Assembly (NCBI GenBank): GCA_002452265.1
Contig: DKEW01000015.1
Location: 354 to 64,353, forward strand
Source of the DNA: Pelobacter sp. UBA6812
GTDB taxonomy: Bacteria; Desulfobacterota; Desulfuromonadia; Desulfuromonadales; Syntrophotaleaceae
Direction of reading: 5' to 3'
DNA: 64,000 nucleotides
Under the pieces are notes generated by a model that was not told where the DNA came from, did no database searches, and saw nothing but the letters and a program-made list of their open reading frames with translations. Shown piece after piece: positions 42,505-51,554 of this stretch (the stretch's first letter is position 1; each line of letters starts with the position of its first letter). Both the position numbers and the translations under genes were made by a program.

Positions 42505-43980
42505 CTAATCCATGGCCACGGGATCTTTCGAAGAAAAACGTTGAGTTAGAAACGACCATCCGAGAATTAAAAAAATTGACCACATTGCCGGCCTGATAAA
42601 ATTAAATATATCATTTCTGATCCATATTAAAAGAAAACACAATACGCACCCATTGATTGCAATCCATCGTCGATCGGACAAGCCGGATTCACATTTTTTC
42701 TGCCATTTAGTCAGGAAATATCCCATGGCAAGAAAACCCAGGAAGATTCCAACTACTCCAAATTGAACATAAAATTCAGCGATTTGAAGAAAAGCCAATC
42801 CTGAGCCAAAAGGGTTCATGTACGAGGTGATCCAGGCATTTAAACCAACTATTTCACCCGAAGGAGGCTTCCAGGATCCAAGGTTTGGAAAAATCTTCGT
42901 AAAGGCATGTAAATAAGTGGAACCATAACGATAATTTTCAATATCCGGGATAATTATCAATGTTCCAAGGAATGTTTGAAAACTGGACCCAGTTTCAACA
43001 AGCGCTCTGACGAATGGAGACTCTTCAAAATTAAATTCGATTCCATAGTTCACCATATCCGAGATTGGTTGATGCCGTAAGTCTCTGATAATGGGGATAA
43101 GAATCAACGCTAACATGGCTCCAATTAAAATCTTGGTATAGCTATATTTTTTACCAATAAGACTAAGAGTGAAAGCAAGTGCTATTAAAAAGGTAAAAGC
43201 ACCACCGCGGTCTCCAGCTAGGAAAAACGCCATCAGGGCAATAAGCGCACAAAAATATACAATTCTGATTTGCCTTTTATTTCTAGACCCTGCGGCCATT
43301 ATAATTATTGAAACTGGCAGTAATAGTGATAGTGCGGTTAAAAAGAATCGCACATCTGAATATTGCAAGGTCGTTGTAAGACCTTCATATCCAGATGTAA
43401 ACATACTTGAAAATCCTGATCCCATCATTGTACTTAAAGTTATTATTGCAACCGAAATTAAAAAACAAAAAATACCTAGTTTAAATAGAGGTTTAGCAAA
43501 TCTGTCAACAATGAAAGCCTCCTTTATAGTAGGTTCATTATATTTACGAAAAATAGCCAGACAAACACCGGCCTCCATTGATAAAACAGCCATTATAATC
43601 ATTTTAATTCCGAGCAATGTATAGAACTCGTCATACCATCTCAATGTCAAACTAAGATCCGACAAGCCAAATCCATGGAGAGTAAGTAAACCTGAGGTAT
43701 ATAAAAAGGTTACTAAAAGGAAAATTTGGGGTAAGGACAAAATATACAATCGTAGATAAACAAGATTAAATATATAACAAGATATAAATACAGCAAAGTT
43801 TATCAGGCAATATGTTTTAACTGAATATTCGAAGAAATTGGCACCATTTAGTATCGTCACAAGCAAACTTGTTGACAACAACAGAAAGACAAGAAACCAG
43901 AAAAACTCTATAGAGTTAAATTTGTTTTCATATAGATTTTTTATATTTGTAGTCTCTATGTCTATATTGTTCTGATTCAT
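42505..43980 (-). CDS. wzy: Wzy polysaccharide polymerase
   Basis: Very hydrophobic polytopic protein, GDRG, YRYGSTY and AEFYVQFG motifs, AT-rich; start at ATG 43980. Confidence 0.8.
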   Translation of the reverse strand: MNQNNIDIETTNIKNLYENKFNSIEFFWFLVFLLLSTSLLVTILNGANFFEYSVKTYCLINFAVFISCYIFNLVYLRLYILSLPQIFLLVTFLYTSGLLTLHGFGLSDLSLTLRWYDEFYTLLGIKMIIMAVLSMEAGVCLAIFRKYNEPTIKEAFIVDRFAKPLFKLGIFCFLISVAIITLSTMMGSGFSSMFTSGYEGLTTTLQYSDVRFFLTALSLLLPVSIIIMAAGSRNKRQIRIVYFCALIALMAFFLAGDRGGAFTFLIALAFTLSLIGKKYSYTKILIGAMLALILIPIIRDLRHQPISDMVNYGIEFNFEESPFVRALVETGSSFQTFLGTLIIIPDIENYRYGSTYLHAFTKIFPNLGSWKPPSGEIVGLNAWITSYMNPFGSGLAFLQIAEFYVQFGVVGIFLGFLAMGYFLTKWQKKCESGLSDRRWIAINGCVLCFLLIWIRNDIFNFIRPAMWSIFLILGWSFLTQRFSSKDPVAMD

Positions 43981-43981
43981 C

Positions 43982-45109
43982 TCAATTCCTTGCGAGTTCA
44001 TTTTCCCATAACCTTGAAAACTCCTGAATACACCTGTCGATACTGAACATACTATCATTAAATAGATTAGGTATATTTGATTTCAACTCTATAATTTTTT
44101 GATCTTCAATCATAGATTCTGCTCTAATTGCCCATTCAGAATCACTGGACTCAAGTGGTAAAAATTTTACAAAAGAAGGAAATTGGGCGGCAATTTCGCG
44201 AATACCTGGCAAATCACTACCCAAAACGGGAGTACCTACAGCGCAGGACTCGAGAACTGCTCCGGGCAACCCCTCCCAAAGTGAAGGGAAGATCATGACA
44301 TCCGACGCTTTAAGAAGTCTGGGGACATCCCTGCGCTCACCTGCAAACGCAACCTTTGCGGAGAGCTTCAAATTAGAAACGGTCTGTCGTAATCCCGGTT
44401 CCAGGTTAGCTTCCGCGCGCCCCACCAGCAGCAGAGCTACGTTCGGTCTTAGGTGTGCTATTTGGTTAAATATCGTGATTACCCTGTTATGGTTTTTTTG
44501 TGGAACCATCCGTCCGACATGAATAAATAATTTACAATCCTCAGGCAGATTGAATTCTTTTCGGACGTCATCTGAATCCGTGTAGGCATTAAAACCTGAA
44601 ACATCCAAACCGTTGTATATTACCCGACACCTCGGATCCTGTTTCCATAATTGCCCCCAGGCGAAGCTCATGGCACCCTCACAAACGGCCACAATGCCTG
44701 TGGCATATTTGTTAATCCAGCTTTTGAATATCCGATTTCTCATCAACCTTAAAAAGGTAGGCTTTTTCCCATCATCCGTGTTCCTGAAATGGGCTATTCT
44801 TCCGGAAACTCCCTCCTGTGCTGCCAATCGAAGAATATACCCGGAAAAAAAATGTACATGGGAATGCACCACCTGAAAATCTTTAAAACGCAAAAGCCGC
44901 CGGAAAGCCCTTGGAAAATTATACCCGAGTTTTATGTAATAAACCTCGCCACCGAGGCTTCTGACCTCGTCATCCAAGTCACCGGGCAATCCGGAAAGGA
45001 CGCAAAAGTGAAATTTATATTTGTTTTGATCCATATGACGCATGAGATCTAGCGTACGCATCTCAGCTCCGCCTCTAGTAAGGCGGCCAAAAATATGAAG
45101 AATATTCAT
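43982..45109 (-). CDS. GT4 glycosyltransferase (EpsF/CapH-like)
   Basis: RGGAE, HVGR..QKNH, FPSLWEGLP..VLE. Confidence 0.92.
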   Translation of the reverse strand: MNILHIFGRLTRGGAEMRTLDLMRHMDQNKYKFHFCVLSGLPGDLDDEVRSLGGEVYYIKLGYNFPRAFRRLLRFKDFQVVHSHVHFFSGYILRLAAQEGVSGRIAHFRNTDDGKKPTFLRLMRNRIFKSWINKYATGIVAVCEGAMSFAWGQLWKQDPRCRVIYNGLDVSGFNAYTDSDDVRKEFNLPEDCKLFIHVGRMVPQKNHNRVITIFNQIAHLRPNVALLLVGRAEANLEPGLRQTVSNLKLSAKVAFAGERRDVPRLLKASDVMIFPSLWEGLPGAVLESCAVGTPVLGSDLPGIREIAAQFPSFVKFLPLESSDSEWAIRAESMIEDQKIIELKSNIPNLFNDSMFSIDRCIQEFSRLWENELARN

Positions 45110-45194
45110 TGAAGGCGCATTTTCTGTAAGTCTGTTATTTTATACTTATTATGAACTAGAATTACATTCGCCAATTGCATTAATTATCAGCCTA

Positions 45195-46805
45195 TCACTT
45201 GAAAGTCATCTGTCTAGCTCGGGTTATTATGTTCTTTCTTTGTATCATTGAAAAACCGGCCCAAAATGAAATACAGAAAACAATCATGAAGCTTATGACC
45301 GCAAACAATATTAGTTCACGCCAGTTATCAACTTTTATAAACGGAGCCAAGTAATAGGTACTGCCATATAAGAAAACCATCACGCCGGACATCCTTAAAA
45401 AGTCCAAAACACTTTTTCGGGTCGGGTGAGTGCCTTTTTGTAAAGTCTTCCTGACTAATATCGGATACAGGACACTAAGTATCAACCTTCCACCGATCAG
45501 GCCGAGCAAAACCCCAGCAATGGGGGATTTCAAATAAAATCCAAGCCAAATAGCCAGAAGCAGCGAAACAAACGTAGACAAAGCCCCCCACAATACCTTG
45601 GCCCTGATCTCAAGAGTCACATCTACGATCGAAGCCTGGTAGCGAATAAAAATCAGTTGGGTCATCAGGAGTACAATAAGGAGATTTTCCCAGAAACCGA
45701 TGAACTGGTCAGCACCCACCCAAAGGGAGATAAATGGTCGGTTCCATAGAAGAATCATGGCCCCGATAATGACGGCAAGCAACCAGGAAGAAGCCATGAT
45801 TTCCGAATGAACCTCATCAGCCTTTTTATGATCGCCCCGTCCAACAATATCTCCGAGGCCTGGCATGCCCGCCGATACCAGAAGCGAAGAAAGTGCTATG
45901 GAAGACTGTGCGACATAAAAGGTCAAGGTGTAAGCAGCCACCAGGGAAGCGTTGGAAACAACCCCAAGAATAATGATGTCGCTGTACAGAAGAAGCCTTT
46001 GGATCAATGTCCAAGCCAACATCCAGACACTGAAAGTGAAGAATTTGCTAACCTCCCCTGGTTTGGGCCGACGAACGGTCAGCCATGGCAAAGATCTGCG
46101 CGCCATATAAAAAATGGCGCCCCCCTCCAGGACCGCACCCACCAGAAAAGCAACTGCCAGACCGAACAATCCCCAGCCGCTCCAGGCAGCACCGGCCAAC
46201 AATACCCCACTGAACAAAGCGCCGGCAGCGCTTATCCAGGTGATTTTGTATCGCAGGTTCATCCCGACCATCACAGACTCAGGGATAGATTTCAGTGGAA
46301 AAAGCAGAAGATTTACCACAAGGACGATACAGGTCAGGCGTGTGACGAAATAATATTCACGGGGCAAATCATTGATGAACGTCGGTGAAAACCAGGAGAG
46401 CAAACCTCCTACCAGCAACATCAGAGGTAGAAACCTCAACCAGACGACAACTGCACAGCCTATTTCTCGCCTTTTCTGCTCAACATCCGTAACCGATCGG
46501 CGATTGGCAATGGTCCATTTAAGTGCCTGATTGGCCTGCCCATCTGCGGCAGAGACGTAAGTCAGCAAGCGCAGGCAGATCTTCCAGGTTCCAAACAAAA
46601 CAGCTCCGAGCGAGGTCAGCAAGAGGGGATTCAACAACAGCCCAACCAAAATTGCAGCACCGTAGGACAGCAAGGACGATGCTGCGTTTAAAAAGGTCGT
46701 TTGGGTAAGATTCGGGGAAGAGATCAGGGCCCTGATCTTAAAGCTCTTTGATGCAGGCGACTGACACTTTGGGGGCACTCTGCAATTCTCCAGTATGACA
46801 AGCAT
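45195..46805 (-). CDS. wzx: Wzx flippase (MATE-like)
   Basis: Many TM segments, SDIIILG motif, EPS context; exact start uncertain. Confidence 0.82.
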   Translation of the reverse strand: MLVILENCRVPPKCQSPASKSFKIRALISSPNLTQTTFLNAASSLLSYGAAILVGLLLNPLLLTSLGAVLFGTWKICLRLLTYVSAADGQANQALKWTIANRRSVTDVEQKRREIGCAVVVWLRFLPLMLLVGGLLSWFSPTFINDLPREYYFVTRLTCIVLVVNLLLFPLKSIPESVMVGMNLRYKITWISAAGALFSGVLLAGAAWSGWGLFGLAVAFLVGAVLEGGAIFYMARRSLPWLTVRRPKPGEVSKFFTFSVWMLAWTLIQRLLLYSDIIILGVVSNASLVAAYTLTFYVAQSSIALSSLLVSAGMPGLGDIVGRGDHKKADEVHSEIMASSWLLAVIIGAMILLWNRPFISLWVGADQFIGFWENLLIVLLMTQLIFIRYQASIVDVTLEIRAKVLWGALSTFVSLLLAIWLGFYLKSPIAGVLLGLIGGRLILSVLYPILVRKTLQKGTHPTRKSVLDFLRMSGVMVFLYGSTYYLAPFIKVDNWRELILFAVISFMIVFCISFWAGFSMIQRKNIITRARQMTFK

Positions 46806-47032
46806 TATAGTAACTTAAGAAGGCACAACAAGGTAGATTGCCCAATTTTACTACTACTTAATAACAGGAAAGGGAGGGAACGCAAGGCAGCAACTTGGTT
46901 CGAATTCACAAAAAAATATCTACTTGGGATAGGACGTCGTTGTTGTAGAGAGTTTATCAGACAACCCGGATAAAAAAATGACCTACTGGTTTTCCACATG
47001 AAATCCATGGAGAGGTAACAGACTTTTTTCAT
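46805..47032 (-). other. 75-aa ORF overlapping both neighbours (possible small protein or GT remnant)
   Basis: ATGA overlap with the upstream GT stop; TAATG overlap with the wzx start. Confidence 0.35.
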
Positions 47033-48237
47033 ACGGTATTCGTTACCCTATCTGGCGCAAATTCATACAACAAAGAATGATACTCATCGTTCAATGCACT
47101 CCACATTCTTTCCTGCTTGAAAACATCCAGAACCCTTGCCCTCCCTGCCCTTCCGTGCATGGCACGCAAAGACGGATCAAGCAGATAATTTCTCACCGCA
47201 TTTTTAATGGCAATGGCGTCAAAAGGAGGTATCAAAACTCCTGTTTGACCGTCGACCACGGCGTCAACGACACCAGGAATATCAGTGGCAACCACAGGTA
47301 TACCCATTGCGGAGGCTTCAATGGCAACCACGCCGAAACCTTCACGGTAGGTTGGAAATACAAAAATATCTGTAACAGCATAAATCGGAGCTACGTCCGA
47401 AAGCCCTCCAGTCATGTGGATTCGGGAGTCACTTTTCAAACCATCCAGAAGCGAAACAGGTAAAGGGTCATTCGTCTCAACTGGACCTGCCAGCAACAAT
47501 TCAAGAGACGGGAATTCCTCTCTTAAAGATTTCCAGGCATCATACAACTCGGCTATACCCTTATCTTTTACGATCCTTCCGACAAAACCCAGAACTAAAC
47601 TGTTAGGGGCAATGCCATATTTTTTTCGGATTTTGTCCCTTTCATCCAATGGATACTTTTCCGGATTAAACTTATTCTGCGCGTCGATGCCGTTGATGGT
47701 TCCATTTAGTAATGTCTTGATTTTACCTGAAGGGCAGATTTTGGATTGAACAACAAGTTCCCTGATAGAATTGCTAACACACAGAACCCGGTTTGCCAGT
47801 TTGCAGGAAATTTTTTCAGTCAATATTAAAATCGGTCGTTGCAGACCTTCTGCGGTCAAATACCGCAATCCATGAATATGGTAGATTCTAATCGGAATCC
47901 TGGCCATCCAGGCCGCTATGATGCCCAGAAGACCGCCTTTCGGAGTGTGTGCATGAACAATGTCAGGATTGAGCCGGCGTAACAACCGCCATAGATTCCA
48001 CAGGGTGCGAAGATCCTTTAATGGCGTAATCTTTCTGCTAATTTCCAAGCCGACAACCTGAATATCTTCCCGTTCGGCAAAAGAGTCCAGATGAGCTCCA
48101 GGAGAAGAAATAGCGACAACATTAAACCCCTGTTTTTTCATAAACCCCATCTGCCCATGAAAAAAGCAATGAAGAGATTGAGGGACAGTCGTAATATGAA
48201 TCAATTTAATTGGTTTAAGGGATCGGGATTCTGACAT
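47029..48237 (-). CDS. GT4 glycosyltransferase (CapM-like)
   Basis: HAHTPKGGL, FVGRIVKDKG, FPTYREGFG..AIEA; start at ATG 48237. Confidence 0.93.
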   Translation of the reverse strand: MSESRSLKPIKLIHITTVPQSLHCFFHGQMGFMKKQGFNVVAISSPGAHLDSFAEREDIQVVGLEISRKITPLKDLRTLWNLWRLLRRLNPDIVHAHTPKGGLLGIIAAWMARIPIRIYHIHGLRYLTAEGLQRPILILTEKISCKLANRVLCVSNSIRELVVQSKICPSGKIKTLLNGTINGIDAQNKFNPEKYPLDERDKIRKKYGIAPNSLVLGFVGRIVKDKGIAELYDAWKSLREEFPSLELLLAGPVETNDPLPVSLLDGLKSDSRIHMTGGLSDVAPIYAVTDIFVFPTYREGFGVVAIEASAMGIPVVATDIPGVVDAVVDGQTGVLIPPFDAIAIKNAVRNYLLDPSLRAMHGRAGRARVLDVFKQERMWSALNDEYHSLLYEFAPDRVTNTV

Positions 48238-48426
48238 AATTTTATAATCTCCGTAATAAAAAACCCCTCTGGCAATTTTCAACCGACATGAACAAAATTA
48301 CTGGCATTGTCTGATGGATTTCTAAACCAAACCGATATCCCCTTATTCATCCAGAATAGTATTCAAGTCATATTTTACTATCCAATTACCCACATATTTA
48401 AATGTGAATTATCATAAGACCTGATT

Positions 48427-49641
48427 TCAAAACTTCCCTTTATTTTTATCCCAATAATCCTTGGTTTTCTTTTTAATCTCTTCATAAAAAGCATTTCTTC
48501 GTCTCTGAAGAATATCATTCCGATAATCTTTTGCTTTCTCCAGGTTTCGTTCAGACATACTCCGCAGCCGCTCAGGACTGGAGAGAACCTCTATGATTTT
48601 CTGAGCAAGGTGATGAATATCACCGGGCTGAACCAGATCTTCAGAAGAGAGAAGTTCCGGAATCCCGCTGGCAGAGGAGCCGATGCAGGGCAGTCCCCTT
48701 GCCATGGCTTCGATCATGGCACGCGGCAACCCCTCGCCTTTTGACGGAAGAACAAAAAGGTCTGCATTATCAAGTTGTTGTCGCACCGCATCACCGGACG
48801 GGAGTTGACCGGCAAAACGCACATACTCGCCCAACTCGAGAGAATCTACCAAATGTTCAAGATCCTTCCTGAATTTTCCGTCACCGACAAGAGTCAATCG
48901 TGCATCCAATCCTTCTTGAACACAAATAGCGAACGCTTTTAAAAGGACATCCTGGGCCTTATAAAGTTGAGCCATGGTCCCGACAGAGATAATTTCAAAG
49001 CCGCTCGTTCGAAATCGTTCCAAAGGTGGTGAAGCAACAAAATCAGAAGCATCCAGCTGAATACTGGAATAGTGGGTATTAAAAATCCCCTGGGCTGGAG
49101 GATAACGTCTTTGAAGGGAAAATTCCGTCACATAGGCCACCCCACTCGCCTTGAGACACTTAAGGCGAAGACCATTGGCAAACCAAATGCGAAAAATGGG
49201 CCGCAAGGGATGCTTGATGGCTCCGGGAGCAAAAACATCATAGGGGTCACCAACAACCTCCATGCCGAACGGATGACGCCTTTTGGTTAATACTTTAATC
49301 AAATTAGATGCAATATTTCCCGGGCTTCTTGTAATAAATGCAGAATGACCATGATTTTCTAAAAAAACTGAACGAATGGTTTTATTAATTTGAAATTTTT
49401 TGAATAGATATTGAGTAGGCCCTAGATAGTAAGGAATTGGTTTGAAAAAAACATTTGAACCGGTTACTTTAGCATTCCCGGTTGTTAAATACTCTTGCAG
49501 TCGACCAACAACTGTTACTGAATCAAAAACTTCCAAATATCTTTTAAAGAATGAATATCCGGATGCAAATTCGTTATCGGTATAGATAGTACCATCGCGG
49601 CCCTTTTGAAATCGTGTCTCAGTTGTTATTATAACATTCAT
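48427..49641 (-). CDS. GT4 glycosyltransferase
   Basis: YKAQD, LPSKGEGLPRAMIEAMARG. Confidence 0.92.
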   Translation of the reverse strand: MNVIITTETRFQKGRDGTIYTDNEFASGYSFFKRYLEVFDSVTVVGRLQEYLTTGNAKVTGSNVFFKPIPYYLGPTQYLFKKFQINKTIRSVFLENHGHSAFITRSPGNIASNLIKVLTKRRHPFGMEVVGDPYDVFAPGAIKHPLRPIFRIWFANGLRLKCLKASGVAYVTEFSLQRRYPPAQGIFNTHYSSIQLDASDFVASPPLERFRTSGFEIISVGTMAQLYKAQDVLLKAFAICVQEGLDARLTLVGDGKFRKDLEHLVDSLELGEYVRFAGQLPSGDAVRQQLDNADLFVLPSKGEGLPRAMIEAMARGLPCIGSSASGIPELLSSEDLVQPGDIHHLAQKIIEVLSSPERLRSMSERNLEKAKDYRNDILQRRRNAFYEEIKKKTKDYWDKNKGKF

Positions 49642-49795
49642 CTTTATGGCCTTAATTCTTACTTATGGAGAATCTCACCGAATTTTTAACACCACCACAA
49701 AACTATACCAACCACATTCCTTATAGAAAGCACCTTCAATTATAACCTTCTCTAATCTGTAATTTTCGTTAGTTTTTAGAAAGTATTTACTTAAC

Positions 49796-49823
49796 TGTAT
49801 ATCTCTAAAAGAATTAATGTCAA
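49796..49823 (-). promoter_or_regulatory. Candidate sigma70 promoter upstream of the first glycosyltransferase
   Basis: TTGACA-16 bp-TATACA in an AT-rich gap. Confidence 0.4.
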
Positions 49824-49891
49824 TTTTGAGGCGGAGTTACTAAAGTCGCATACCCCTTTCAGGGGTATAAAACTGTAAAGCTCCCTCTTTT

Positions 49892-51172
49892 TTAAAACAT
49901 GATGGCTGTAGGGAAAAAGAACCTGTGACCTAAGGACTGGTTGTTCATGTCGGCAAGGTCTACACTCTCAAAGTCGGAGGTGTGAACCGTGCCCCCGAAG
50001 CCTTGCCCTTTGCTTTCAACTACCGTGGTAGCTGGCCCGATCATATCTCCAGTCCCCCCAAATGAAATACAGTGAGTGACCTTGTGCGGGGCATTCGGCA
50101 ACTCCCAGTTCTGACCGGAAGCGTAGGCGATACAACCGGTCAGCACGCTGCCGTTGGTTGTGCCGTTCTCGGAGTAACCACGAAACCGATTCCCTAGAGC
50201 GATGCAACACACCAGGGTATGTTTGCCGCCACGCAGGCCTTGATAGGGCGCCGGGTCCGCCTTGCCAAGCTTGAAGCCGTTGCCGTCGCCGCCCTTTCCT
50301 TTACCGTTGTTCGCGGCGACGCAGTCCTCAAAATAATGACTGCTGGCCGCCCAGTTGTCGTATCCATCGTCAGAGTTGCCAATGGCGACACAACGGTAAA
50401 ACTCATTTTTTTTACCCGAGGTTATGCTGAACCCGTCGGCGCTGTCCCCTGCGGTTTGGGTGTCGACATTATTTTTCGCTGTACAGTTGTAAAATTTACA
50501 GCGATAGAGTTCCTTCGAGGAAAAACCGGCGCCGTTATTGTCGTGCATGTAAATGTTATGCCATTCGCAGTCTGTGACATTCTCGACATAAAAACCGTTA
50601 CTGACCCGGTTCTTGCCGCTGTTGCGAACTTCGAAGTTGCGGAAAATAACCCACGACGCATTGAAAATGCGGAACAGGTTGCCGCCGCTGGTGTTGGTAC
50701 CGTCGATGATCGCCCACTCACCGGGATAAGAACGGACTTCCAGTGGATAGAGCGCGGAGGCGGAAACGTTCCCGTTGATATCAATGATGGAATCATACAC
50801 CCCGCCACGCAGATAAATGGTATCCCCGGCATTGGCGTGGGTCATGGCGTATTGAATATGTTGCCAAGGGAAGAGGTAAGAACCTGTGCCGTGGTCCGAT
50901 CCTGAAGGGGACACATATCGGGAGACCCCTCCGTAAGGCGCAGCGTAGGGATCATCACCAGCTCCTATCGACTTATCATAGCCGTAAAAGATAGCCTTTT
51001 CCGGTGAAACCCGCTCTGAAGCGCACTGGCCGAAGGCTAAGTATGTTGTGGAGGTGACAACAAAAGTGTCCCCTCTGACAAATCTTTCTGCAAAGGGATT
51101 TAAACTCGGCAAAACGCACCCTAGCGCCAATGATAAGGAAATAACAAAGCCCTGTATCAGCATCCTGTTCAT
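49892..51172 (-). CDS. PL9-like right-handed beta-helix polysaccharide lyase, short form (possible lipoprotein)
   Basis: YVSPSGSD..PW..IQ, ADGF, NSDDGYD, GDGNGFKLG. Likely start ATG 51172 gives MNRMLIQGFVISLSLALG-C19. Confidence 0.8.
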   Translation of the reverse strand: MNRMLIQGFVISLSLALGCVLPSLNPFAERFVRGDTFVVTSTTYLAFGQCASERVSPEKAIFYGYDKSIGAGDDPYAAPYGGVSRYVSPSGSDHGTGSYLFPWQHIQYAMTHANAGDTIYLRGGVYDSIIDINGNVSASALYPLEVRSYPGEWAIIDGTNTSGGNLFRIFNASWVIFRNFEVRNSGKNRVSNGFYVENVTDCEWHNIYMHDNNGAGFSSKELYRCKFYNCTAKNNVDTQTAGDSADGFSITSGKKNEFYRCVAIGNSDDGYDNWAASSHYFEDCVAANNGKGKGGDGNGFKLGKADPAPYQGLRGGKHTLVCCIALGNRFRGYSENGTTNGSVLTGCIAYASGQNWELPNAPHKVTHCISFGGTGDMIGPATTVVESKGQGFGGTVHTSDFESVDLADMNNQSLGHRFFFPTAIMF

Positions 51173-51460
51173 AGCTTTTAATTTCCAAGTTGCATTCACT
51201 GCCTCGTCTAAGGCGAAATCAGCATCATGTCGGCGGTCTAATGCTTTCAGGAATCTATTTCTGCAGGCCAAGTCTCCAACATACCGTAAGAGCATGAACA
51301 TACATTACTTTTCTCACAGATCCGGCACAAAAAATCGGTAACTCCCAACGCAGAGATTCTCTTTCTTAATAACGCAATTCCTCGATTATTCAAGCTCTCT
51401 CTTGCAGTAATAAGTGAAACAGCAGGGGCTCATACAATGGCCACATGGCATACAACAAAC

Positions 51461-51501
51461 AAAAAAAGGTGAGGCTCCCGTTTACCATGGAAGCCTCACC
51501 T
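51461..51501 (-). terminator. Strong intrinsic terminator after the large lyase gene
   Basis: AGGTGAGGCTTCC-ATGGTAAAC-GGGAGCCTCACCT-TTTTTT. Confidence 0.9.
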
Positions 51502-51554
51502 GTATTGTTTCATGAATCCTAAGTTTGTGATTCCGATCCGCTCGGGAAAATCAC

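Noticed and set aside
46888-46910. GGTTCGAATTC resembling a tRNA T-arm
   Set aside because: No acceptor, D or anticodon stems can be formed around it.
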